Part shown: piece by piece, positions 39,872-49,459 of the stretch | Layout: the number at the start of each line of letters is the position of its first letter | Numbering within the stretch: the first letter of the stretch is position 1 | From: Candidatus Bathyarchaeota archaeon | GTDB taxonomy: Archaea > Thermoproteota > Bathyarchaeia > Bathyarchaeales > Bathycorpusculaceae | Direction: 5' to 3' | Assembly (NCBI GenBank): GCA_963702095.1 | Contig: OY969706.1 | Coordinates: 1,184,001 to 1,248,000 of the forward strand | Length of the DNA: 64,000 nucleotides | Notes under the pieces: model-generated | The model's database searches: none | Seen by the model: only the letters and a program-made list of their open reading frames with translations | What the model was told of the DNA's origin: nothing | Made by a program: the position numbers and the translations under genes

Positions 39872-39949
39872 GCCCAGGTAGTATAGTTAGGTCCAGTATA
39901 TGCGGCTGTCGCCCGTAGGACCCGGGTCCAAATCCCGGCCTGGGCGCCA
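39872..39949 (+). tRNA. tRNA-Asp(GTC)
   Basis: Cloverleaf GCCCAGG...CT GTC GC...CCTGGGC G CCA; T-loop reads TCCAAAT. Confidence 0.92.
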
Positions 39950-40046
39950 CTTCTCTTACCCCTCTTTGCCAGCTAAGGATTTTTAATACCAAATCTGGGT
40001 TAAGATTGTCTTTTCATAAGCATTAAATCAATTTTAAAACAGTAAA

Positions 40047-40250
40047 ATGGTGATTATGATGGGAGAGCAAACAGAGATTCCATGTTCTAAATGCGAATTC
40101 TGGAGTAAGAAACGGAGAAATTTTTCATGCAACCCCAACGATTGCTCCTTACTTACTTTGTGGCTGCTTAAGAACTCCCCCATATTAAGAGAAGAAACCG
40201 TTCAAATGCAAGTTCGTCTCCCCGAGACCGCGTTTCAATATGTGGTCTAA
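40047..40250 (+). CDS. Small Cys-containing hypothetical protein
   Basis: CSKC...C.P..C. Confidence 0.5.
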   Translation: MVIMMGEQTEIPCSKCEFWSKKRRNFSCNPNDCSLLTLWLLKNSPILREETVQMQVRLPETAFQYVV

Positions 40251-40327
40251 GCACAAGACCTAACTTTTAGGTTTATTATCTGCGCCTTGCCTAGAAGTAT
40301 TGTAGGCATTTTGAGAGAGCTTATCCT

Positions 40328-40906
40328 TTGAAGTATAAGGAACTTCATCATCAAGCAAAACAAATTGACCGTTTAATAGATGCCGCCTTAGACGCTCATG
40401 GTTCCTTATTTATTCCACAAGAGGAACTGAAAACGATTATTTTGGGCAACTATCCAGATTTTTATGTGGAGAACTCGGGATGGCGCAAAATCGTTTTTGG
40501 CAACAGAGCAATAGACCACAAGATTGTATTAAAAGTGGGTCCACAGAAAAGCATCGAAAACGATCACCACGTCTACAAGAGCCTTCCCGAAGAGCAGCGA
40601 CACAAAGTATTTGCCAAAATATTTTGGCACACTAAGTATTGTCTGCTGCAGGAATATGGGTTGCCCGCTAAGGTTTCCCCCGAGCAACTTACGTCAATTC
40701 GGCGAGAAGTTAACAAATACGGCGTTTTCGACGTTAAAGCTGAAAATCTGCGCTCGATAGATGGGAAACTCAGAATTATTGATGCCAACGTAACCCGTAT
40801 ACCCCTGCCTACGGTGCTAAGGAAAATCGATGAGGTTAGGCCCAAAATTCCCAAGAAACTAAACCTCCTAATCAAGGCAATAACCAAGCGGTTCTACGAA
40901 AAATAG
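40328..40906 (+). CDS. Hypothetical protein with protein-kinase-like motifs
   Basis: SGWRKIVF, VLKV, LLQEY, DVKAEN and IIDAN. Confidence 0.55.
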   Translation: MKYKELHHQAKQIDRLIDAALDAHGSLFIPQEELKTIILGNYPDFYVENSGWRKIVFGNRAIDHKIVLKVGPQKSIENDHHVYKSLPEEQRHKVFAKIFWHTKYCLLQEYGLPAKVSPEQLTSIRREVNKYGVFDVKAENLRSIDGKLRIIDANVTRIPLPTVLRKIDEVRPKIPKKLNLLIKAITKRFYEK

Positions 40907-40981
40907 ACGCCAAATCAAGCTCTGGTTTTTTAATTAAACATGTGCAGAAAAGATATGAGCACAGCCATCACCAACTATTAG

Positions 40982-42355
40982 GTGTATATGACTTTAACAC
41001 AACCGCAGCAACCTCGACAAACAGGGCAAAACACAAGCAACTGGCTAGAAGACATCATAAAAAAAGTAAACCATAACGCCCTCGAACAGCAACAAGTTGT
41101 CACCCGCGCCAACAGCAGCCTCTGCGTGCTCTGCAAGGGCGCACGGTTTCTCTGCGGCAAAACCCGCTGCCCCATAATGGTTAAAGTCAACTATTTCCTC
41201 AAAAGCGTCCCCCTAATGTCCACACAAGACATCAACGGCGTGTCCCCGCCCAGCGTCTTCATAGGCAGAATCGGCTACCCCCACGTCTACATTGGCCCAT
41301 TGGTGCCGCCGGTACATGAAGACACAGCCATCTATGACCTGCCTGAACAATGGTTCGGTAAATCGATGGATGAAATCGTCGGTTTCCGCAGCCTGCTCAT
41401 CCGCGGCAAACACATGGTAAACGTGACTAAAATCAACGAAGCAGGCAAAATCCTCGACCAAACCCGAGAACTGGCACTTGCCGACAACAGCGTAGACACC
41501 GAACTTAACCTAACCAAAAAACCACGCGGCTCCATAACGCTAAGCGACGATGTGCAGCCTTTTGGGCCCTCTGCGCCTATCCGCGATCTCCATGTGGGTA
41601 ACGCACGGTACAACGACAAAATAGAGAAAGCTTACTATGACACGGATTTGCGGGCAACCAACGCGGTAGTGGAACTCTACAGCAAGGGCGTTATGGTTAC
41701 TAAACTCCAGAAGGCGTTTAGTGTCGGCGCCTTCGGCATCGAGAAAAAGCGGCGACTGGTTCCCACGCGGTGGAGTATAACAGCCGTCGACGACATCCTA
41801 TCCAAAAGCCTCGTCGCCAAAGTGAAAACTTTCCCAGAAATTAACGAGTACCGAGTCTACGAATCAATCTACCTTGACAACGTCTTTGAGATACTTATGA
41901 TTCCAGCGCAGTGGAGCTACGAATCCATGGAAGCATGGTACCCCGGCACGGTTTGGAACCCCAACGGCTCCAGCGTCGCCATCTACAGCGACTGGGAAGG
42001 CAACAGTGGACGCACCACCTACGCTTCCATCGGCGGCTGCTACTACAGCGCACGCCTCGCCGTCTGCGAACAACTCCTAAAAGAACGCCGCCAAGCCACC
42101 GCGATTGTGCTCCGCGAAGCTCGCCCCGGCTACATCATGCCCATCGGAGTGTGGCAAGTCCGAGAAAACGTCCGCAACGCTATGCACCAAAAACCTATCC
42201 ACTTCAAGAGCCTCGCGGAGTCGCTGCAGTTTATCGACGGCAAATTCGAAATTCCCGTGCACCGCTGGATACTGCAGAGTGAACTCCTCAAGAAGGCGCT
42301 GTTTCAGAGGCGTATAAGCGACTTCTTCACCTCCAATCCCTCTGCACAAGCGTAA
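40982..42355 (+). CDS. nreA: Nre-family DNA repair protein with C-terminal PIP box
   Basis: CxxCKG...CG...CP, RLVPTRWSITAVD and QRRISDFF. Confidence 0.92.
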   Translation: MYMTLTQPQQPRQTGQNTSNWLEDIIKKVNHNALEQQQVVTRANSSLCVLCKGARFLCGKTRCPIMVKVNYFLKSVPLMSTQDINGVSPPSVFIGRIGYPHVYIGPLVPPVHEDTAIYDLPEQWFGKSMDEIVGFRSLLIRGKHMVNVTKINEAGKILDQTRELALADNSVDTELNLTKKPRGSITLSDDVQPFGPSAPIRDLHVGNARYNDKIEKAYYDTDLRATNAVVELYSKGVMVTKLQKAFSVGAFGIEKKRRLVPTRWSITAVDDILSKSLVAKVKTFPEINEYRVYESIYLDNVFEILMIPAQWSYESMEAWYPGTVWNPNGSSVAIYSDWEGNSGRTTYASIGGCYYSARLAVCEQLLKERRQATAIVLREARPGYIMPIGVWQVRENVRNAMHQKPIHFKSLAESLQFIDGKFEIPVHRWILQSELLKKALFQRRISDFFTSNPSAQA

Positions 42356-42373
42356 TATAGCACAGTCAATCCT

Positions 42374-42868
42374 TTGGGACTGGGGAAAAACTTGCCGTAC
42401 ACGATTCGCTACCAATTCAGCCAAACCTTCAATGTGCCCGCCGAAGAAGCATACCAGTGGTGCACCGACTTCTCGCCAGACGACCCCGCCTTGATGGCTG
42501 AGGACAACGCTAAGCGAGAAATCACAAAGTTGACGGGTTCAGCGTTGATTTTGAAGGAAATTTTCCGCACCCCAGAGGGAACGGTCATAAAGGAAAAGCT
42601 TGTGCATCTCTACCCTGAACGGCTAACTTGGGTTTCAACACACCTAGGCGGCCCAAACAAGTACTCGCAGTTCATCTATGAAATCGAGGCGGAAACAGCG
42701 AATAATTCACGGTTGGACTTCACTGCCCAACATATCGAGCACCAAAACGAAATTTCTCCAGCGGAACTCATGAAATTAGCCGATAAACTATGCAATTACG
42801 ACGCTGAAGTTTGGAAGCTACTAGCAAAGGCAATGGATAAAGAGCTCTTGAAAAGTGGAAAATCTTAA
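42374..42868 (+). CDS. SRPBCC-like hypothetical protein
   Basis: FNVPAEEAYQWCTDF pattern. Confidence 0.6.
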   Translation: MGLGKNLPYTIRYQFSQTFNVPAEEAYQWCTDFSPDDPALMAEDNAKREITKLTGSALILKEIFRTPEGTVIKEKLVHLYPERLTWVSTHLGGPNKYSQFIYEIEAETANNSRLDFTAQHIEHQNEISPAELMKLADKLCNYDAEVWKLLAKAMDKELLKSGKS

Positions 42869-42902
42869 GAAACATAGCCCTCTATACCTTCACTGAACTC
42901 CA

Positions 42903-44519
42903 ATGCTAACCTCCACGGCAAAACGCTATAGTCTCCCCTTCTCAACCCACCAAACTAGGGAACCTGAGGTGGAGGCAGCAGCCGTTTTCTCTTTTGCCGA
43001 GACAAAGCGCAGTAAAGGCGGCGGTTTATTTACAAGGCAACCTCAAGAAACCCTGACGTTCATCGCCAAGCTGGGTTATCCCCTGTGGCTTTTTCCCCAT
43101 AACAACACCGCCTTAATCTTTGACAGCTTAGGCGGTTCAAACCGCAACGTGCCCTACGCCGAGGGAGCTTCTGCCGCCGCTTTTCTGGAACGGTTAGAAG
43201 CGAATGAGCGACCACGCGAAAAATACGTTGCTTTCTTATCAGACCATGGCAGCTATTTCCAGCAGCCCCCAAAAATGAAGCAGTTCCCGATGAATGGGTT
43301 GCTGGGCGACGCTGATTTTAAGGGTGAATTCAGGGTTTACCGAAAAGAAGCTGCCGAATTTATATCCTCTGAGGCGATGCTGCTGCCCCAGCTTGAAGAA
43401 CCAGCGATAACTATGCAGTTTGCTGAATTGGATAAGCTGCAAACTAGTCTGCAAGCCGACCAAGAAAAACTCGCTGAGTGCCTCCGCTTCGTAAAAAAAA
43501 CATCGGGACAATACTTGACCGAAATTGACTTTGAAGCAGCTGCAGCCACCGAAGAACTCAATGCAAGAATAAAAGCTCAAGAAGAACTCATCAACCCCCA
43601 AATAGCAAAACTCAACAAGGAATACCATCGAAAAATCAAAGATTTAACCGCAAGTTTCGACGATGAGTTGGATAGCCTCCAAAAACTCAGAGTTAAAACA
43701 GAGAAATACATTGACTCAACCGAAGCCAAAATCAGGGAATATGAACGTGAAGCTAAGGCACAGGGCAAAAAAGGGCATGAAATCTATGAGAAACGCTGGA
43801 AAGACAAAGTAAAGATTGCCCAAAAAGAGTTATCAGGACTCAAAAAAGAACTGAAAAAAATCACTGACAACACAAAAAAGGTTAGTAAACAGCAAGGCGA
43901 AGGGACCGCCCAGCTAAATTTTGAATGGGACGCCGAGGTCAAGCTGCTCCGTCAACCCCTGCTTGAGCTCGAAGCCGCGCGTAACCAGAAATTGGCTGCG
44001 TTCAAAGCGGAAAGCAACAAGCTGCTTTTGATTGAGAAACCCTTAGTCGACGGCTTAAACCAAAGCATCGAACTCGAAGAAAGCATTACTGGAGGATTTA
44101 ACAAGTTAGGAATAATCGACCCTCAACTGAAAAGTCCCATCTTAATCTATGTGCCCTTCTACGCAGTCTGCTATGAGGAGAGTTTGTCTAGACGCTGCCT
44201 CTACATTGCTCCCTCAACAGTTAACTCGGTTGATTTATCCGCTAAATTGAAGGGAGCGTTGGGTCTCTCAAGAACAGGGAATTTGCTTGCTCCACGCTTC
44301 AAAACAATCGCTGACCTCATCGGCAAAATCGGGGCACTTGCAAGCCAAAACAGTGCTCTACAGAGTCAACTATGGAGTTTAGGCGAAAAAAACAACCTCC
44401 TAAAAAACACCGTGTTCCGCGCTGCCGCAGAAAGCGGTTTGATCTATCTCAAGCATATAGGTTGGTTGTCTGAGCGGGAAACCGCCGATTTAATCGGCAG
44501 ATTAAGGCTTAACGGTTAG
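42903..44519 (+). CDS. Long coiled-coil hypothetical protein
   Basis: Central K/E-rich heptads flanked by YPLW and YVPFY. Confidence 0.7.
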   Translation: MLTSTAKRYSLPFSTHQTREPEVEAAAVFSFAETKRSKGGGLFTRQPQETLTFIAKLGYPLWLFPHNNTALIFDSLGGSNRNVPYAEGASAAAFLERLEANERPREKYVAFLSDHGSYFQQPPKMKQFPMNGLLGDADFKGEFRVYRKEAAEFISSEAMLLPQLEEPAITMQFAELDKLQTSLQADQEKLAECLRFVKKTSGQYLTEIDFEAAAATEELNARIKAQEELINPQIAKLNKEYHRKIKDLTASFDDELDSLQKLRVKTEKYIDSTEAKIREYEREAKAQGKKGHEIYEKRWKDKVKIAQKELSGLKKELKKITDNTKKVSKQQGEGTAQLNFEWDAEVKLLRQPLLELEAARNQKLAAFKAESNKLLLIEKPLVDGLNQSIELEESITGGFNKLGIIDPQLKSPILIYVPFYAVCYEESLSRRCLYIAPSTVNSVDLSAKLKGALGLSRTGNLLAPRFKTIADLIGKIGALASQNSALQSQLWSLGEKNNLLKNTVFRAAAESGLIYLKHIGWLSERETADLIGRLRLNG

Positions 44520-44604
44520 TTGCCTCAAAAAACTTATTCTACTTCCTCCACAATTCTAGTTGCGCTCTGCGCGCGATTTATGGCAGACAAGTATCGTGGT
44601 CATT

Positions 44605-45306
44605 ATGGCGGATAGTAACGGTTACATCTTGCGGGTTACCGACCTGGGTGTCAGACTGCAAAACCAAACTTTACTGGAACACATAAGCTTCAACGCCAAA
44701 AAAGGCACCACCCTAGCGATTCTGGGCCCCAACGGAGCAGGAAAAACCGTTCTTTTCCGAACCCTACTGAACCGTGTTCCCCATACAGGCACAATCGATT
44801 GGACAGAGAAAGTAAAAATAGGCTACGTGCCTCAATACGTGACAGTTTCTGATGTTCCCATGTCTGTTACAGAGTTCCTCTCTATCGGCAGCGCAGGCAA
44901 AACAGACGTTGAGGGACTGTTGAGGCTTGTTAAGCTGCATGACAAAGGTGTAACAGACAAACGTTTAGGGGTTCTCTCGGGCGGTCAGTTGCGGCGGGTT
45001 CTGATTGCTTGGGCGCTAAAAGAAGATCCAAACGTTCTGTTGCTCGATGAACCCACCACCGGCGTTGACATGGACAGCGAAGAACCCATCTACCTCATGC
45101 TCAACGACATCAAAAAAACCAACCAGATGACCATTTTCCTCATAACCCACGACATACACATCATCCAAGAATACGCCGACGACTTGCTGGCAATCAACAA
45201 ATGCGTAACCTTCTGTGGTCCCGCACAGGAAATAGGCAAGCCGGAAACGCAGCGGATAATCTATGGCGAACCAGTCTGCGTTGAAAGCATACGAGGGCAA
45301 CCATAA
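44605..45306 (+). CDS. znuC: Metal ABC transporter ATPase
   Basis: GPNGAGKT, GYVPQ, LSGGQ, LDEPTTGVD and THD. Confidence 0.88.
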   Translation: MADSNGYILRVTDLGVRLQNQTLLEHISFNAKKGTTLAILGPNGAGKTVLFRTLLNRVPHTGTIDWTEKVKIGYVPQYVTVSDVPMSVTEFLSIGSAGKTDVEGLLRLVKLHDKGVTDKRLGVLSGGQLRRVLIAWALKEDPNVLLLDEPTTGVDMDSEEPIYLMLNDIKKTNQMTIFLITHDIHIIQEYADDLLAINKCVTFCGPAQEIGKPETQRIIYGEPVCVESIRGQP

Positions 45307-46094
45307 TGGAGTATTACAGTTTAGTGCTTTCGATTTTTGTGGGAGTCGCCGCCGGTTATTTGGGTTCTTTGATGGTGCTGGAAAGGATGGCGTTGGTAGG
45401 CGATGCCCTCTCACACGTTGCCCTGCCCGGTTTAGCCATTGGGATCATATTAGGCTTTAACCAGTTTCTAGGAGCCTTTCTTTTCCTTTTTGTTTCAGCC
45501 GTGATAATTTGGCATGTACAAAGAATCACGAAAATCAGTTACGAAGCCCTCGTCGGCGCAATGTTCACTTTGGCGTTGGCTATTGGTATACTGCTCTTCG
45601 GCGATAACTTGGATGCGCTTGAAGCCGCCTTCTTTGGCGATATATCAACGGTAACTTTGACCAGCGCCTTAGGTGCCATGGCAGTCTGTGTGGTAGCGAT
45701 AGTTGCTACAAAATTTGTCTACGACAAACTGGTGTTAGCCATGATTTCCGAAGACCTTGCTATAGCCAAAGGCATCAAAGTTGCACAGGTAAACCTGCTC
45801 TACCTTTTTTTAATCTCAATTATCGTCGCCATAAGCATCCAAATCGTTGGAACCCTGCTCGTCGGTTTCCTCGTCATCGTGCCCGCCATAGCCGCCAAAA
45901 ACCTGAGCACCCATATGAAACAGTATTCGCTTCTCAGCGCTGCTTTCGGCGCTGTCTCAGGGTTTGTCGGCGTGCTCTTATGGGACCTTGGCGGTTTCGG
46001 CTTAGCCTTCCCGGGGCCGATGGTGGTTTTTGTCGGAATCGCTATCTTCGTTGTTACAGTTATCATAAACTGGCGATTAAAAATTACAACATAG
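45306..46094 (+). CDS. znuB: Metal ABC transporter permease
   Basis: GDALSHVALPG and FFGDI. Confidence 0.88.
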   Translation: MEYYSLVLSIFVGVAAGYLGSLMVLERMALVGDALSHVALPGLAIGIILGFNQFLGAFLFLFVSAVIIWHVQRITKISYEALVGAMFTLALAIGILLFGDNLDALEAAFFGDISTVTLTSALGAMAVCVVAIVATKFVYDKLVLAMISEDLAIAKGIKVAQVNLLYLFLISIIVAISIQIVGTLLVGFLVIVPAIAAKNLSTHMKQYSLLSAAFGAVSGFVGVLLWDLGGFGLAFPGPMVVFVGIAIFVVTVIINWRLKITT

Positions 46095-46104
46095 AGGCAA
46101 AAAC

Positions 46105-46536
46105 ATGAAAAAATATACAGGTAAAACCTCAACCGCCATAATACCCTACCCCAACGACAAGATACTGCTCATAAAACGCAACACCCGACCCTTCGTCGGT
46201 TACTGGGCGCTGCCAGGCGGAAGAATGGACCCCGGCGAAACCATCGAGCAAACCGTTGTCCGTGAAGTGAAAGAAGAAACAGGACTCCAAACGGAGATTG
46301 TGAGTGTAATAGGAGAATACGTTGAACGGGGCATAAAAGACGACATCGAATACGAGTATTACCCGACCTGCTTTGTGGTTAAAGTGGTCGGCGGAGAACT
46401 CAAAAAACAGGATAGTGAAATCCAGGAATTGCAACTCTTCTGCTTAGACGCTTTGCCGCAGCCATTGGCGTTTGAACATGAAAAAATGTTAGAAGATTAC
46501 GTTCACACCCCAAAAAAAGGCGTGAACGCAACTTAG
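46105..46536 (+). CDS. NUDIX hydrolase
   Basis: LPGG...GE....VVREVKEETG. Confidence 0.9.
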   Translation: MKKYTGKTSTAIIPYPNDKILLIKRNTRPFVGYWALPGGRMDPGETIEQTVVREVKEETGLQTEIVSVIGEYVERGIKDDIEYEYYPTCFVVKVVGGELKKQDSEIQELQLFCLDALPQPLAFEHEKMLEDYVHTPKKGVNAT

Positions 46537-46548
46537 GATTTAGTGCGT

Positions 46549-47493
46549 TTATCTGCTGTTTTTTGTCTGAGGCGGAGGCGGTATCGGCACCACAGTGGCT
46601 TTTGAAAGGTTCTCCTGTTCGTTTAGTATCAGCGAGATCGCTTTGCCTTCTGGCACGATGATTTTAGTGTTGTTCTGCAGCGAAGTAGTTATTGTATCAA
46701 GTTGCTTGAATGTGATGGCGCTGTCTTTGAAGTAGGTCGTTAAGGCTTCGTTGCGCAGTTTAGTTGCCTCTGCGTCGCCTTCAGCGATGGCGATGGTTGC
46801 AGTCTTCTGCCCTTCAGCCTGCAGGATAGCGGCCTGCTTCATGCCTTCCGCCCGCTGGATAGCCGCGTTCTTTTCGCCGCTTGCTATGGTGGCTTGGGCG
46901 ATGGCGGTTTTCTCGGCTGCCTGGCGTTCGTTGTCGGCTTTAAGGACGGATTCCATGGAGCTCATTAAGCCCCGGGGCGGCTCAAGGTCCTTGATTTCTG
47001 CTCTGACGATTTCTATGCCCCAGTCTTCGGTTTGCTCGTCGAGGGCTTCTTTGAGTTTCGCGTTGATTGTGGGTCTTGAGGTGTTGGCTACTGTCATGTC
47101 CATGCCGCCGATGATGTCACGGAGCACGGTCCGTGCAAGTGTATCGATTTGGGATTCATAGTTGTTAACGAAGTACTGGGAGGCTTTGACTGATACTTCG
47201 TCGGTCTTCACTTTGTAGAAGACCACGGCGTCTACGCCCATGAAGACTTTGTCTTTGGTGATGACGTCTTGGCGCTGTACTGGTGTCATGCGTTCGGTGA
47301 TGTTGACTCTTATGATGCGGTCGATGATTGGGAAGAGGAAGGTTACGCCTCCTTCGACGAAACGGTGGTATTTGCCGAGTCGTTCGATTAGGCCTTTTTC
47401 GGTTGGTCTAACTATGCGTACGGTTGATATGAACAGATACGCCAATACGGCTATGGGGATTATTATTGCCAATATTACTAAGAGGTCTACCAT
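46549..47493 (-). CDS. SPFH/band-7 (stomatin/QmcA-like) protein
   Basis: ERLGKY, QDVITKD, WGIEI and AEG repeats. Confidence 0.9.
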   Translation of the reverse strand: MVDLLVILAIIIPIAVLAYLFISTVRIVRPTEKGLIERLGKYHRFVEGGVTFLFPIIDRIIRVNITERMTPVQRQDVITKDKVFMGVDAVVFYKVKTDEVSVKASQYFVNNYESQIDTLARTVLRDIIGGMDMTVANTSRPTINAKLKEALDEQTEDWGIEIVRAEIKDLEPPRGLMSSMESVLKADNERQAAEKTAIAQATIASGEKNAAIQRAEGMKQAAILQAEGQKTATIAIAEGDAEATKLRNEALTTYFKDSAITFKQLDTITTSLQNNTKIIVPEGKAISLILNEQENLSKATVVPIPPPPQTKNSR

Positions 47494-47849
47494 GTTTTGC
47501 TCTCTCCTGTTTACTTGTTTTTTCTCTGTTTTGCTATCTGTGTATAGGGAGAATTAAAGTTTATTATTACATTATTATACAATCGTCTAGCGGGTATGTG
47601 AAGAGTATATACACAGATGCTACAGTATAGTGCAAATTTTTACTGAGATATAAAAAGCAATAAACAATCAGCGAGCGAAACCAAGCCAAAGCAGCAGCCA
47701 ACCCCCCAAACGCCAGAACAAAAAACCAAACCTAAGTTACTGTGCCACCACACGCACATATGCTTAAGTCCATAAATTAGGTATAAACCAAACGTAGTCC
47801 CTTGAGTTTTTCTAGTAGACGCTTTTAGCAATTTCTTTGAGATGAACAC

Positions 47850-49313
47850 ATGGCTAATGGCAAAAAGAAGGCTGGGTTGCTTGGTTCAATCGTTTTTCCT
47901 TTAGCGTTAGCTCAGTTTGTATGCAGCTATGCAGGATCCAACATGAACGTGGCAATCAGCGACATCGCCAGCGAACTGGGAACCACCGTCAACGGCGTTC
48001 AACTAGCCATCTCATTCTTCACAATGACTATGGCTGCTTTAATGATTCCCGGTAGCAAGTTAACCGACATTTCTGGGCGGAAAAAGATATTTTTGATCGG
48101 GTTGGGCGTTTACGCGGTTGGAGCATTGGTCGGTGCACTCGCCCCCGGTTTAGGTGTGTTAGTCTTTGGTTACTCTATACTGGAAGGGGTTGGCTCTGCA
48201 CTTCTTATTCCCCCCGTCTACATTCTACTAACCGTCACATCGGTTGGCATAACTAGAGCCAGGAACTTTGGAATTGTCAGCGCCGCCGCAGGGATAGGGT
48301 CTGCAGCAGGACCCTTAATCGGAGGTGTAATCACTACAGGAATAAGCTGGCGAGCATCCTTTATTCTTCAGGTCCTGATTGTTATAGCTATCATAATTCT
48401 TGCCATGCGAATCGTGGAGCCTCCCAAAGAAGGGCCAAAGCACCATTTTGATTTTGTCAGCGCTGTTCTCTCAGCTTTGGGTTTGGTTCTCATTGTTGTC
48501 GGTCTCCAGACAACTTCAACCTACGGTTGGTTTACCGCAACACAGAGCCTAATGATAAGCAATACCGTAATTATCCCTGAAGGGAGCGTTTCTCCCTTCT
48601 TGATTTTTCTTGTTGTAGGCTTTCTATTCAATATTGGCTTCTACTACTCCCTCAAACATAGAGAGCGAGTTGGGAAAGAACCCCTGATACAAACCCACAT
48701 CTTCCATAACCGCATATCCAACTTGGGACTGGTAACACAAAACGTTCAATGGCTCACGCTACAAGGAACCTTCTTTGTTATCTCAGTGTTTTTGCAAACT
48801 GTACGCGGATACACCGCAGTTCAAACTGGATTAATACTTACAGCCTCTACAATAGGAGTATTATTGACTTCAGCCATAGCGGGCAAGTTAGCTCAGAGAC
48901 GGTCACAGAGACTGCTGGTTAGAGGAGGGTTTATCATAACAATCCTTGGCATTGTTCTGCTTATTTTGTTGGCGCCTGATGCAGCTAGCGGCCCAATAAC
49001 CTACTTTTTGCCTGGGCTATTCTTGATAGGTGCCGGTATAGGTATAATGTTAACTTCTTCAGTTAACGTTGTGCAATCAGCGTTTGGCGAAAAAGACCAA
49101 GGTGAAATCTCTGGGCTTTCCCGAAGCATATCAAACTTGGGGTCGTCGCTTGGTGTGTCAATCGTCGGTTCCGTCTTGGTATCTTCACTTCTACCACAGA
49201 ATGAACCGTATGGATTAGCGCTCATTGTGATGGTTATAATTGCGATGGTTGGTTTGGCTGCAGCGATACTGATTCCTAAAACTCCAAAGCACCCCACTGA
49301 AGAATCCGAATAG
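47850..49313 (+). CDS. MFS drug transporter (DHA2-like)
   Basis: GSKLTDISGRKK and GPLIGG..T..ISWR. Confidence 0.88.
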   Translation: MANGKKKAGLLGSIVFPLALAQFVCSYAGSNMNVAISDIASELGTTVNGVQLAISFFTMTMAALMIPGSKLTDISGRKKIFLIGLGVYAVGALVGALAPGLGVLVFGYSILEGVGSALLIPPVYILLTVTSVGITRARNFGIVSAAAGIGSAAGPLIGGVITTGISWRASFILQVLIVIAIIILAMRIVEPPKEGPKHHFDFVSAVLSALGLVLIVVGLQTTSTYGWFTATQSLMISNTVIIPEGSVSPFLIFLVVGFLFNIGFYYSLKHRERVGKEPLIQTHIFHNRISNLGLVTQNVQWLTLQGTFFVISVFLQTVRGYTAVQTGLILTASTIGVLLTSAIAGKLAQRRSQRLLVRGGFIITILGIVLLILLAPDAASGPITYFLPGLFLIGAGIGIMLTSSVNVVQSAFGEKDQGEISGLSRSISNLGSSLGVSIVGSVLVSSLLPQNEPYGLALIVMVIIAMVGLAAAILIPKTPKHPTEESE

Positions 49314-49459
49314 ATGACGCTCACCTAAGAGGGAACGCCTGCTCTCTTGCGAGAAGTGATAATTTTAAAGTAATTGCTGTCAGAGGCTGCAGTTATAACC
49401 TATGCGAGAAAACGGTTTTCACAAAAAAAAAGAAAAAATAGAAGGTTAACTTGTCTGCT

